Positions 50,861 through 62,767 of a DNA stretch of 64,000 nt are shown one piece after another (positions within the stretch are counted from its first letter, which is position 1; each line of letters opens with the position of its first letter). The stretch covers positions 6,950-70,949 of the forward strand of contig DASZZH010000038.1 in the NCBI GenBank assembly GCA_035543335.1. The letters are read 5' to 3'. The stretch is from Burkholderiales bacterium (GTDB lineage Bacteria; Pseudomonadota; Gammaproteobacteria; Burkholderiales; JAHFRG01). A model generated the notes under the pieces. The model worked only from the letters and a program-made list of their open reading frames with translations, did not search any database and was not told the origin of the DNA. The position numbers and the translations under genes are program-made.

Positions 50861-51253
50861 ATGCACTGCACAAAATGCGGCACAGTGGCACTAGCTAACG
50901 CAAAGTTCTGTGCGGAATGCGGTAGTCCCATCAGTGATTCTTCGTCGGAGAAAGACATTGAAACTCCAAAGGCTCCAGTGGTCGCCGCAACGCGAAAGGT
51001 CATTTCACTTTACATTCTTGGCATTCTCATGGCCTTTGGCTATGCGTTCCTCTTCATTCAAGCGAGCGCTGGCCAAAACGTCCCGCCGCAAATTGGCTAC
51101 GGCTATATATTCTGGACCGGCGTCCTCTTCTACTATTGGTGGAAGCAGCGTGCCCGCAAAGGCTGGCGCGGTGCGTTGATCGGCACAATAATCGCGCTTG
51201 TCGCGTTGTTCGCGGCGGGTTTTATCGTTGGCGTCGTAGGCCATGGCAAATAG
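50861..51253 (+). CDS. Cassette 4: zinc-ribbon membrane protein (about three TMs)
   Basis: CTKCG...FCAECG followed by three hydrophobic segments. Confidence 0.75.
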   Translation: MHCTKCGTVALANAKFCAECGSPISDSSSEKDIETPKAPVVAATRKVISLYILGILMAFGYAFLFIQASAGQNVPPQIGYGYIFWTGVLFYYWWKQRARKGWRGALIGTIIALVALFAAGFIVGVVGHGK

Positions 51254-51286
51254 GTCTGTGCTGACAACCATCCCATTGGCAATGCG

Positions 51287-51353
51287 GCCCAACCCATCAT
51301 TCCACCGGACCTGCGCGAAAAGCCGCGCAGGCCGGTGAATTCCAACGTTGGGC
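51287..51353 (+). other. attC site 4 (67 bp)
   Basis: GCCCAAC...caccggacctgcgc/gcgcaggccggtg...GTTGGGC. Confidence 0.9.
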
Positions 51354-51380
51354 CCCACTAGAGAGCACGCCGCATTGCCG

Positions 51381-52247
51381 ATGAAGTCCGCTCTGTTTGG
51401 AATCGGTATCGTTGTCGTATCGTTCGTCGCGGCAATTGTTGCGGCGTCCGCTGCGTGGGTTTTTTGGGACGCCTGGAAAGCGTCGGACCGCGATGCATTT
51501 CGCGCGCTCGTTGGTGCTTTTTCCGGTGCCTTCTTCGCGTACGTGTTCGTGCGATTCGCTGATGGCTTTAAGAAGGTCTACGACCGCAAAGAGAAAAATC
51601 ACACGGCCCTAGTGCGGCTGCAGCATTACATCAATGACTGTCTAAACATCACGAGCGACAACCTGTTTATCGCTGATGACTGCGTGAAAGTCTTCAACGA
51701 ACAACGGCTACAGGCTGGCGAACTCTCGATCTACATGAACGTTTTTCATGAGTATCCGATCGATCGAGAGCTTTTGATCGGGCTAACGAATATCAAGTTT
51801 TTGAATGAGGTGTATTCGCTGAATGTCGAGTTCAGCAAACTGAATGACTCTATGGCCACCGTTGATCGTGCATACGCACAGGTAAGGGATGCATTCGTCG
51901 CAAAGCACTTTGATGAGGCGGTCTATCTATTGAATGCTCGCCGCACCCGTGAGCGTTGTGTAGAACTTAGAGGTTACTTGCTTCAAACCAAGCAGGAGCT
52001 CATTCGTCTTTTTGCAGTGACAAATTTGTTGCTAAGAGATCCGCCTTTTCTCGTGCGCGTAATCCGTTCCCTTACGCAGACCGCCTACCCGAAAGACTTC
52101 GACGCAGCTCTCGGCCCAGAGGTTGCTCGTGTAACGTCAGAAATGGAAGGCATTGCACAGGCGAGCGCACAACGAATACTGGCCGCGCAGAATAGTGTGG
52201 CCCAACCACCCGGTGCAGCGGACGCGGCAAAAGCGCCGCGCCGCTGA
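51381..52247 (+). CDS. Cassette 5: hypothetical protein with two N-terminal TMs and a helical domain
   Basis: 288-aa ORF from ATG 51381; the stop codon lies inside the attC. Confidence 0.75.
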   Translation: MKSALFGIGIVVVSFVAAIVAASAAWVFWDAWKASDRDAFRALVGAFSGAFFAYVFVRFADGFKKVYDRKEKNHTALVRLQHYINDCLNITSDNLFIADDCVKVFNEQRLQAGELSIYMNVFHEYPIDRELLIGLTNIKFLNEVYSLNVEFSKLNDSMATVDRAYAQVRDAFVAKHFDEAVYLLNARRTRERCVELRGYLLQTKQELIRLFAVTNLLLRDPPFLVRVIRSLTQTAYPKDFDAALGPEVARVTSEMEGIAQASAQRILAAQNSVAQPPGAADAAKAPRR

Positions 52248-52261
52248 CCGAGACGTTAGCG
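52200..52261 (+). other. attC site 5 (62 bp)
   Basis: GCCCAAC...cggtgcagcgg/ccgctgaccg...GTTAGCG. Confidence 0.9.
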
Positions 52262-52271
52262 GTCATCATCA

Positions 52272-52766
52272 ATGCAGCACCTCATCGATGCCACACGATC
52301 TGCCTTAGGCCAAGAAAACTGGTATGCGGCTTTGGCGCTTGCTCTTTCCTTACCGGACATCTGCGGGCGGCTCGAGAGCCCGGGCGCAGGATCGCAAGCG
52401 CGCTTCGTGGCGTGGTACGACAGGTTCTTGTTGTCTCGGTACCAGTCGCACATTGGTCCAGACCGCACGCTCCATACGTTTTTGTCGGGTCAAGATTGCT
52501 ATGCCCTTCGCTGCGCGTTCTTGCATCAGGGTGAATTTGGGATCGATGACCAACGTGCGCGGCATGCGCTAGAGCGTTTCCACTTCACGGCGCCTCGGCC
52601 TGGCTTGGTTGTACACAACAATCAATTTGGCAACATGCTCCAATTGCAAGTTGATTGCTTTTGCCAAGACGTTTGCGAAGCAGTCGAAGCTTGGCTCGCT
52701 TCCGTTCAAGGCAACCCCGACATTCAGGCTCGAGCGGCGATGCTCGGCCAGGTGCACGATTCATGA
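52272..52766 (+). CDS. Cassette 6: putative HEPN-domain protein
   Basis: Helical protein with ALALSLPDICG and an RxxxxH motif (RCAFLH). Confidence 0.6.
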   Translation: MQHLIDATRSALGQENWYAALALALSLPDICGRLESPGAGSQARFVAWYDRFLLSRYQSHIGPDRTLHTFLSGQDCYALRCAFLHQGEFGIDDQRARHALERFHFTAPRPGLVVHNNQFGNMLQLQVDCFCQDVCEAVEAWLASVQGNPDIQARAAMLGQVHDS

Positions 52767-52767
52767 C

Positions 52768-52854
52768 CGCTAACCTTTTGTTGCTGCGGACGGGCGGCCA
52801 ACGGCGTACCAGAGAGGCTGTCATCGCAGCCCGCCGCAGAACAACACGTTAGCA
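52768..52854 (+). other. attC site 6 (87 bp)
   Basis: CGCTAAC...tgttgctgcggacggg/cccgccgcagaaca...GTTAGCA. Confidence 0.88.
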
Positions 52855-52882
52855 GCAGGGGATTTCATTGTGCGAAGTAAAT

Positions 52883-52947
52883 GGGGTCAGTGTAAGATTT
52901 CTACATCAAACGCGGACCTCGCCCAGCGGAAAAGTTACACTGACCCC
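52883..52947. repeat. Perfect 13-bp inverted repeat with 39-bp spacer
   Basis: ggggtcagtgtaa (52883-52895) and ttacactgacccc (52935-52947). Confidence 0.8.
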
Positions 52948-53032
52948 GTATTTCTTCCGTTTTTCTTTAAAACATTTCGGCACTGATCTGTGTACGTAGC
53001 TATCAACCCTCACGACACTGCTGGTTTGGGTG

Positions 53033-53253
53033 TCCCCTGTGAGCCGCCGAGGTTTGGTGGGCAAATTGAGGGGAAGTCGGCGAGCACTGTCCGAGCACGC
53101 GGCCGCGAAGCGGACCGTGTGAGTTGCGCAGCCGCCCAATTTACCACCAAACCGAGGGCACCCCAGAGGGGCGGTGAGCCGGGGCGGCTTTTTCTTTGGT
53201 GACTTTCTTTTGGCCGCGCAAAAGAAAGTCACCAGCCGCCGGGCTGCCCCCGG
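53033..53253. repeat. Dispersed non-coding repeat, copy 2 (hairpin-ended family)
   Basis: Same ends as 22002-22235; internal long stem ggtttggtgg.caaattg/caattt.accaccaaacc. Confidence 0.85.
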
Positions 53254-53256
53254 CAC

Positions 53257-55871
<2,615 letters not shown>

Positions 55872-55872
<1 letters not shown>

Positions 55873-56327
55873 TACTCGTCTTCGCCCGCTCCCCGCAGGA
55901 GCTTCAGGATCACGTCCAGATCAAATCCCCTGCCCTGCATGAACCTGATTTGTTTCCCTCGCTCACTGGCACTCTTGGGCAGTTTGCCGAATTTTTTCCG
56001 CCACACCGCGCGGGCGGCTTCCAGTTCGCTTTCCCTGACTTGCGACTTGGCCGCCGAGATGGCCTCTTCCGAAACGCCTTTCTCGCGCAACTCCCGAATG
56101 ATGCGCACCACACCATATCTGCCACGGCGCGTATGGACGGTTTGCTCCACCACACGCTTTTCAGAGAGCCAGCCGCGCGTCTCCAAATCATCGAGCAAAC
56201 CCTGGATATCGTCGGATTCTGCAACGTGGGGGGCAAGCTTGCGCTGCAATTCCAGCCGCGAATGCTCGCGCCGCGCCAGCATGCGCAGCGCACGTTCACG
56301 CAGGCTAGACTCTTTCTTTCTTCTCAC
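55872..56327 (-). CDS. recX: Regulatory protein RecX
   Basis: [15 protein letters not shown]; lies between recA and alaS. Confidence 0.92.
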
Positions 56328-57339
56328 CCGCGGGCGGCGCTCCAGGCACGCTCAAACCGAGGTTGGCGCGGATTTTCGCCTCGATTTCGCGCGCCACTTT
56401 GGGATGCTCTTTCAAATACTCTCGGGCGTTGTCCTTGCCCTGGCCGATTTTCTCGCCCTTGTAGGTGTACCACGCGCCGGTTTTTTCAATCAGCTTGTGA
56501 ATCACGCCAAGCTCGATAATTTCGCCTTCACGGGAAATGCCTTCGCCGTAGAGAATGTCGAAGTCCACCTGCTTGAACGGCGGCGCAACCTTGTTCTTCA
56601 CCACCTTGACGCGGGTCTCGTTGCCGATGACTTCCTCGCCCTTCTTGATGGCGCCGATACGGCGGATGTCTATACGCACCGAAGCATAGAACTTGAGGGC
56701 GTTGCCGCCGGTGGTGGTTTCGGGATTGCCGAACATGACGCCGATCTTCATGCGGATCTGGTTGATGAAAATCACCAGGGTGTTGGAGCGCTTGATGTTG
56801 GCGGCAAGTTTCCTCAGCGCCTGCGACATGAGGCGCGCTTGCAGGCCCATCTGCGGCTCACCCATTTCGCCTTCGATTTCCGCTTTCGGCGTCAATGCCG
56901 CGACCGAATCCACCGTTACCACGTCCACCGAGCCGGAGCGCACCAGCATGTCGGTGATTTCCAGCGCCTGCTCGCCGTTGTCCGGCTGTGAAATCAGCAA
57001 TTCTTCCACTTTTACGCCGAGCTTCTTCGCGTATTGCGGATCGAGCGCGTGCTCGGCGTCAATGAACGCCGCGGTGCCGCCGAGTTTCTGCGCTTCCGAA
57101 ATCACCTGCAGCGCCAGCGTGGTCTTGCCGGAGGATTCCGGCCCGTAGATTTCCACCACCCTGCCGCGCGGCAGCCCCCCCACACCGAGCGCGATGTCCA
57201 GTCCCAGCGAGCCGGTAGAAACGACTTGAATATCTTTCGCGACCTCGCTCTCCCCGAGGCGCATCACCGAGCCTTTGCCGAACTGCTTTTCAATCTGCGA
57301 CAGCGCCGCCGCCAGTGCTTTGCTTTTGTTTTCGTCCAT
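56305..57339 (-). CDS. recA: Recombinase RecA
   Basis: [19 protein letters not shown] and GGNALKFY motifs. Confidence 0.98.
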   Translation of the reverse strand: MDENKSKALAAALSQIEKQFGKGSVMRLGESEVAKDIQVVSTGSLGLDIALGVGGLPRGRVVEIYGPESSGKTTLALQVISEAQKLGGTAAFIDAEHALDPQYAKKLGVKVEELLISQPDNGEQALEITDMLVRSGSVDVVTVDSVAALTPKAEIEGEMGEPQMGLQARLMSQALRKLAANIKRSNTLVIFINQIRMKIGVMFGNPETTTGGNALKFYASVRIDIRRIGAIKKGEEVIGNETRVKVVKNKVAPPFKQVDFDILYGEGISREGEIIELGVIHKLIEKTGAWYTYKGEKIGQGKDNAREYLKEHPKVAREIEAKIRANLGLSVPGAPPAGEKKERV

Positions 57340-57419
57340 AGGTCGATCCTCTTTTTATGACCATGCGATTATGGCATAAGTGATTAAACGCAGGAAGGCG
57401 AAAACGGACTACATAACGA

Positions 57420-57908
57420 TTATTCAAGCATCTCCAGCACGCCTTGCAGTGCGCGCATGACTGATTTGCGGCGTACAGTCTGGCGATTGCCCTTGAAATG
57501 GCGGGTTTCACTCACCATTTTGCCGTTTTTCCCGGCCCAGGCGAAACACACCGTACCCACCGGCTTTGCCCCGGTGCCGCCGGAAGGTCCCGCCGTGCCG
57601 CTTACCGCCAGCGCCAGCTGGGCGTGGCTCATCTTGAGCGCGCCCTGCGCCATCTCGCGCGCCGTTTGTTCCGAGACCGCACCATATTTTTCCAGCGTTG
57701 GTCTTTTCACGCCCAGCATCTCGCGCTTGGAAATATAGGTATAGGTAATAAAGCCGCGCTCAAACCAATCAGAGCTTCCCGGCGCCCGCGTCGCCGCCTC
57801 GCCCACCCCGCCGCCGGTGCAGGATTCCGCCGTCACCAGCATGAGTTTGCGGGTTTTCAGGGCCTTGCCCACGCGGGCGGCGAGTTTATAGAGAATATCG
57901 TTTGCCAT
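57420..57908 (-). CDS. CinA/PncC family NMN amidohydrolase
   Basis: TAESCTGG, GAVSEQTAREMA and KPVGTVCFAW motifs. Confidence 0.9.
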   Translation of the reverse strand: MANDILYKLAARVGKALKTRKLMLVTAESCTGGGVGEAATRAPGSSDWFERGFITYTYISKREMLGVKRPTLEKYGAVSEQTAREMAQGALKMSHAQLALAVSGTAGPSGGTGAKPVGTVCFAWAGKNGKMVSETRHFKGNRQTVRRKSVMRALQGVLEMLE

Positions 57909-58420
57909 CAGCTGACCAGGGTTTTCCAGAATGCGAGACACAGCAGCGTGTAACACGCCGCAATCAGGTCATCCAGCATTACGCCGAAGCCGCCGTGCAC
58001 GGATTGGTCGAAATGGCCAATAGGCGGCGGCTTCAACACATCAAAAATGCGGAACAGGAGAAACGCGAAAGCCTGCCACAGCAGCGTATCGGGTGTGAAA
58101 TAAAGCACCAGCAGAAACGCCACGATTTCGTCCCAGACAATGCCGCCATGGTCGTGAACGCCGAGATCTTCCCCCGTCTTGCCGCAAATCCACAAGCCCA
58201 GGATAAACAGGCCGGCGACCAGCGCCAGGAATTCCAGCGGCATCAGACGCGGGTTCAAGAACCAGAACAATGGAAACGCGACCAGCGTTCCCGCCGTGCC
58301 GGGCGCGCCGCGCATCAGCCCGGCCCCAAAGCCGAACGCCAGAAAATGCACCGGATGGGTCAACACAAAACGCCAGTTGGGAGTCGCTTCAGCCAAAATG
58401 GTCATATCCCTTGATGTCAA
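57908..58420 (-). CDS. pgpA: Phosphatidylglycerophosphatase A
   Basis: APGTAGT, IVWDEIV, FRIFDVLKP and GVMLDD motifs. Confidence 0.93.
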   Translation of the reverse strand: MTSRDMTILAEATPNWRFVLTHPVHFLAFGFGAGLMRGAPGTAGTLVAFPLFWFLNPRLMPLEFLALVAGLFILGLWICGKTGEDLGVHDHGGIVWDEIVAFLLVLYFTPDTLLWQAFAFLLFRIFDVLKPPPIGHFDQSVHGGFGVMLDDLIAACYTLLCLAFWKTLVS

Positions 58421-59345
58421 TTTTCATGCGTTTGCCGTTCTCATCCAGCAACAACAAACCCTTGCTTCGCGTAATTTTGCCGATGCGGGTTAACCGCAGC
58501 CGCAGTTGGCGCGAAAGCCCCAATACTTCCCCGCGGCGGCGCGCCGGCACGGTAAAACAAAGCTCGTAATCGTCTCCGCCTGCAAGCAGCGCCTGCCGGG
58601 CCGCTTTCTGCTCTGCGTGTTTTTCCATCACGCCGGACTTGGGAAGAAGATTGAATTCAACTGCCGCACCTACGCCCGAACGCTCGAGGATATGCCCTAA
58701 ATCGGCAAGCAAGCCGTCGGAAATATCGATCGCGGCATGCGCAAGCCCCCGCAATTTTTTCCCCAGGTTCACACGCGGTCGAGGCGTATGCAGCGCGGGC
58801 AGGCAGATTTGCAATTCCTTCGGCTCAAGTCGCAGGCGCTTTTGCAAATGCGCCAGGGCCAGAGCGGCATCACCCAAAAAACCGGAAACCCAGATATCGT
58901 CGTCCGGTTTCGCTGCATCGCGCCTGAGCGCCTTGCCTTGCAGTACTTCCCCCACGATTTGCACGCAAATGTTGAGTGGACCGCGCGTGGTATCCCCGCC
59001 AATCCAATCCACCTTATGTTTTCTGGCCAAATCCATAAAGCCTTTGACAAAGCGTTTGAGCCACTTTGGGTCGGCCCTGGGCAGCGCCAGCGACAGCGTC
59101 ACCCAGCGCGGCGCGGCGCCCATCGCCGCCATGTCGGAGAGGTTGACCGCCAGCGCCTTGTGCCCGAGCATGTAGGCATTGTCGTCAGGGAAAAAATGCC
59201 GGCCTGAAACCAGCATGTCGGTGGACACCGCCAGCTCCATGCCCCTAGCGGGTTTTATTAGCGCCGCATCATCGCCCACTCCCAGCAGCGCGTGGCGCGC
59301 CGGATGGGTGAAATAGCGTTTGATGAGCTCGAATTCGGAAGGCAT
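58389..59345 (-). CDS. thiL: Thiamine-monophosphate kinase
   Basis: GVGDDAA, NLSDMAAMG, GGDT, DISDG and GGDDYEL motifs. Confidence 0.95.
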   Translation of the reverse strand: MPSEFELIKRYFTHPARHALLGVGDDAALIKPARGMELAVSTDMLVSGRHFFPDDNAYMLGHKALAVNLSDMAAMGAAPRWVTLSLALPRADPKWLKRFVKGFMDLARKHKVDWIGGDTTRGPLNICVQIVGEVLQGKALRRDAAKPDDDIWVSGFLGDAALALAHLQKRLRLEPKELQICLPALHTPRPRVNLGKKLRGLAHAAIDISDGLLADLGHILERSGVGAAVEFNLLPKSGVMEKHAEQKAARQALLAGGDDYELCFTVPARRRGEVLGLSRQLRLRLTRIGKITRSKGLLLLDENGKRMKIDIKGYDHFG

Positions 59346-59369
59346 TGTGATCGCCCGTACCTCGCAAAG

Positions 59370-59849
59370 CTATGCTTTTACCTTGATTTCTGTCCTGCGC
59401 ACTTCGGCGGCAAGCTTGTCGAGGACGCCGTTCACATATTTGTACCCATCGGTGCCGCCAAAGGATTTTGCCAGTTCCACCGCTTCGTTGATGACCACTT
59501 TATAGGGCACTTCCGGCCGATGCACGAGTTCGTAAGCAGCCAATAGCAAAATGCCGTGCTCGATGGGGCTGAGTTCTTTGATCGGCCGGTCGAGATGAGG
59601 CTTGAGCATCTTCTCCAGCTCGCGCGCGGCGGAAATCACGCCGCGCAAAAGTTCGGCAAAGTAAGCCGAATCGAGCTTGTCAAAACCCTTTGCTTCACGC
59701 AGCTGCTGCTCCAAAACGTCCGCGCTATCGCCCCCCAACTGCCATTGGTAGAGCGCCTGCAACGCAAACTCGCGCGAACGCCGGCGGCGGCTTTTGGTTG
59801 CGGTCTTGCGCGGCGTGCTTTCGCCGGCGCCGGCTTCGCCGTCTTTCAT
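59370..59849 (-). CDS. nusB: Transcription antitermination factor NusB
   Basis: [25 protein letters not shown] and YVNGVLD motifs. Confidence 0.95.
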   Translation of the reverse strand: MKDGEAGAGESTPRKTATKSRRRRSREFALQALYQWQLGGDSADVLEQQLREAKGFDKLDSAYFAELLRGVISAARELEKMLKPHLDRPIKELSPIEHGILLLAAYELVHRPEVPYKVVINEAVELAKSFGGTDGYKYVNGVLDKLAAEVRRTEIKVKA

Positions 59850-60316
59850 TTTTCATCCAGACGGCGCAGCAGGTTGGCCATTTCAATCGCCACTTCCGCA
59901 GCATCGGCGCCCTTCCGCTGTATTCGGGCCTGCGCCTGTTTTTCGTTATCGGTGGTGAGGATGCCGTTCGCCACCGGGACGCCGGCATCGAGCTGCACCG
60001 ACGCCACACCATTGGCCGACTGGTCGGCCACGATTTCGAAATGATAGGTTTCGCCGCGGATCACCGCGCCCAGCGCAATCAGCGCGTCGAATTTTCCGGT
60101 ATTCGCCATTTTTTGCAGCGCCAGCGGAATTTCCAGCGCCCCGGGAACACTGACCAGCGTAATGTCGTTTTCACTCACACCATGTTTGAGCAACGCAGTC
60201 GTGCAGGCCGCAAGCAGTTTATCGCTGATTTCAGCGTTGAAGCGGCTCATAACAATGCCGATTCGCAGATTTTTGCCGTTTAAGTCTTTTTCTATCTTCT
60301 TCATCGCCAAAATCAC
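59846..60316 (-). CDS. ribH: 6,7-dimethyl-8-ribityllumazine synthase
   Basis: [12 protein letters not shown] and [11 protein letters not shown] motifs. Confidence 0.96.
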   Translation of the reverse strand: MILAMKKIEKDLNGKNLRIGIVMSRFNAEISDKLLAACTTALLKHGVSENDITLVSVPGALEIPLALQKMANTGKFDALIALGAVIRGETYHFEIVADQSANGVASVQLDAGVPVANGILTTDNEKQAQARIQRKGADAAEVAIEMANLLRRLDEK

Positions 60317-60318
60317 TT

Positions 60319-61422
60319 TCAGTTTTTATCAGGCAATTCGTAGCCGGAAACCTCAAGACCGAAGCCCGCCATGCTCGGCATCTTGCGCGGCGCGGCTAGC
60401 AACCGCATTTTGGTGACCTTGAGATCCTTGAGAATCTGCATGCCGATGCCGTAGTTGCGCAAATCGGTTTTCGCCGGTTTTTTGTCCGCGGCATGCGGCT
60501 TTGCCCGCACCAGCAGTTCTTCGGCCGATTCGGGTCGGTGCAGCAGCACCATTACGCCGCACGGGCTGCCGGCGATTTTTCTCAGCGCATCATGAATGCT
60601 CCACGAATGTCCGCCCGCGCTGATATCAAGCAAATCCATGACCGAGAGCGGCTCGTGCACCCGCACCAAGGTTTCCCGACCGGGAGCGATCTCGCCTTTT
60701 AACAGCACGAGATGGGTTGCGTTCGCCGTCTTGTCGCGATAGGCAATCAGCTTGAATTTGCCGTGCGGCGTATTCATCATGCGTTCCAATACGCGCGTCA
60801 CCAGCGATTCGGTGCGGCTGCGGTAATGAATCAAATCGGCGATGGTGCCGATTTTCAATTGATGCTGTCTGGCGAATTCGAGCAAATCGGCAAGCCGCGC
60901 CATATCGCCGTTGTCTTTCAGAACTTCGCAGATCACCGCCGCCGGCTCCAAACCGGCAAGCTGCGCCAGATCGCAGCCCGCCTCGGTATGGCCCGCGCGC
61001 GCCAATACCCCGCCTTGCTGCGCCATTAGGGGGAAAACATGTCCCGGCTGGGCGATGTCTTCAGGGTTGGCATCTTTTTTCACCGCCACTTGAATGGTGC
61101 GCGCCCGGTCGGCGGCGGAAATGCCGGTAGTCACGCCTTCGCGCGCTTCGATAGAGGCGGTAAAGTTGGTGCCGAGCGACGAACGGTTTTGCACGACCAT
61201 CAAGGGCAGATTAAGTTGACGGCAGCGCTCCTCGGTCAATGTCAGGCAAATCAGGCCGCGGCCGTGCTTGGCCATGAAGTTGATGGCCTCGGGTGTGGCA
61301 AATTCGGCGGCCAGCAAAAGATCGCCTTCGTTCTCGCGGTCCTCTTCGTCGACGAGAATCACCATCCGGCCGGCACGCACATCGGCGATGATGTCCTGAA
61401 TGGAAGAAATGCCTGCACTCAT
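60319..61422 (-). CDS. ribB: DHBP synthase fused to a degenerate GTP cyclohydrolase II-like domain (RibBX type)
   Basis: DRENEGD, TTGISA, PGHVFPL and GHTE motifs; the C-terminal domain lacks the Zn-binding cysteines after VRVH. Confidence 0.9.
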   Translation of the reverse strand: MSAGISSIQDIIADVRAGRMVILVDEEDRENEGDLLLAAEFATPEAINFMAKHGRGLICLTLTEERCRQLNLPLMVVQNRSSLGTNFTASIEAREGVTTGISAADRARTIQVAVKKDANPEDIAQPGHVFPLMAQQGGVLARAGHTEAGCDLAQLAGLEPAAVICEVLKDNGDMARLADLLEFARQHQLKIGTIADLIHYRSRTESLVTRVLERMMNTPHGKFKLIAYRDKTANATHLVLLKGEIAPGRETLVRVHEPLSVMDLLDISAGGHSWSIHDALRKIAGSPCGVMVLLHRPESAEELLVRAKPHAADKKPAKTDLRNYGIGMQILKDLKVTKMRLLAAPRKMPSMAGFGLEVSGYELPDKN

Positions 61423-62009
61423 TTGCGTTTTGTCATCAGAAGCTGTTCAGCGTAACGCGCCAGCATGTCCGCTTCCAGGTTCACTTTGGCGCCGCGCTTC
61501 AAATATCTCAGGTTGGTCGAGGCTAGTGTGTGCGGAATCAGGTTGACTGAGAATTCGCCGCCCTCGACCTTGTTTACCGTCAGGCTCACGCCATTTACCG
61601 CAATCGAACCTTTGCGGGAGATGTATTTGGCGAGCCCGCGCGGTGCCTTGACGGCCAGCAAATAACACTCGCCCGTCCGTTCAAACTTTGCAACCTTGCC
61701 CACGCCGTCCACATGGCCGCTCACCAGGTGACCGTTGACGCGGTCGGATAGCCGCAGCGCTTTTTCCAGATTGACCTTGCCACGTTGCGCGAAACCCGCG
61801 GTGCAATTCAAAGTCTCCCGCGACACATCGGCGTTGAATGAATTGACAGAGCAGGCAATAACCGTCAGGCATATGCCATCCACCGCGATGCTATCACCTA
61901 CCTTGATATCGCTTAAATCCAGGGTGGTGCCAATGGTGAGGCGCAGGCCTTTACCGCCTGGCTTTACCTCACTGATTTCACCCGTTGCTTCGATGATGCC
62001 GGCAAACAT
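61419..62009 (-). CDS. Riboflavin synthase (alpha chain)
   Basis: MFAGII, GICLTV, VNLE, GHLVSGHVD and KGSIAVNGVSLT motifs. Confidence 0.93.
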   Translation of the reverse strand: MFAGIIEATGEISEVKPGGKGLRLTIGTTLDLSDIKVGDSIAVDGICLTVIACSVNSFNADVSRETLNCTAGFAQRGKVNLEKALRLSDRVNGHLVSGHVDGVGKVAKFERTGECYLLAVKAPRGLAKYISRKGSIAVNGVSLTVNKVEGGEFSVNLIPHTLASTNLRYLKRGAKVNLEADMLARYAEQLLMTKRK

Positions 62010-62767
62010 TATGTGATCTTTCCTGCGCGCAAATGCAACGGCCATTGTATGCGCCGTTTGGCTTGCGGGGAACCCCACACCGACTCCAGTCTTCCGACAA
62101 TGTGCCGGCGCGGGTCATGGCCCTCGGCCTTGATGTAGCGCTGCGTCGCCGACCAGGTACCGAGATAGCCCAGAAGCTCATGCATATCCCACTCCACTTC
62201 CATCACGAAGAGAGGCGCATTGATTTCGGCAAAGGGAAATTCGAGATGCCGGTAGCCGGTTTCGATGTGTGCGCGCTCCGGCGGCCAATGGGGCCCGACG
62301 AGGTCACGGTAGAAATGCAGAACGATGTTATCAATGTCGGGCGCGGCGCGGAACAGGTTGTAGCACCACACCGCAATCACGCCCTCCGGCTTCAGCACGC
62401 GTTTGACTTCGGCATAGAATTTCGGCAAATCCAGCCAGTGCAGCGCCTGCGCTACGCTGATTAAATCCACGCTTTGTGGCTCGAACTTCGTCGCTTCGGC
62501 GGGTTCCACACGGTAAGTCACTTTGGGATGCGGCATGGCGTTTTTGATTTGCGCGGAGCTGGCGTCGCTGCCCACAACCCGCTCGAAATAAGGCGCCAAA
62601 TCCAGCGCCCCCTGCCCGTTGCCGGTCGCCGCATCCCAGGCAAGTTCTCGAGAGGATACAAGCGAAGCGAGACAAGCGAACAGCCCGGAAGGATAATGCG
62701 GCCGGAACTGCGCATATTTGGCGGCATGGCCGGAGAAATGATCCTTGAACCCGCCCATGGGTTTCAA
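62009..62767 (-). CDS. Class I SAM-dependent methyltransferase
   Basis: FKDHFS..A..YAQFRP.YP, WDAATGNGQ and VAQALHW motifs. Confidence 0.88.
   Translation of the reverse strand: MKPMGGFKDHFSGHAAKYAQFRPHYPSGLFACLASLVSSRELAWDAATGNGQGALDLAPYFERVVGSDASSAQIKNAMPHPKVTYRVEPAEATKFEPQSVDLISVAQALHWLDLPKFYAEVKRVLKPEGVIAVWCYNLFRAAPDIDNIVLHFYRDLVGPHWPPERAHIETGYRHLEFPFAEINAPLFVMEVEWDMHELLGYLGTWSATQRYIKAEGHDPRRHIVGRLESVWGSPQAKRRIQWPLHLRAGKIT

Larger units (their letters stand above)
47505..52854. mobile_element. Complete chromosomal integron with six cassettes
   Basis: intI divergent from an array of plus-strand ORFs, each followed by an attC; no transposase nearby. Confidence 0.93.

Noticed and set aside
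49549..52854. Periodic palindromes as a possible CRISPR array
   Set aside because: Repeats are non-identical, the spacers are whole genes, the ends are RYYYAAC/GTTRRRY-type and there are no cas genes; these are attC sites
60319..60800. Degenerate GTP cyclohydrolase II domain as a novelty
   Set aside because: RibBX-type fusions lacking the Zn cysteines are already known in proteobacteria
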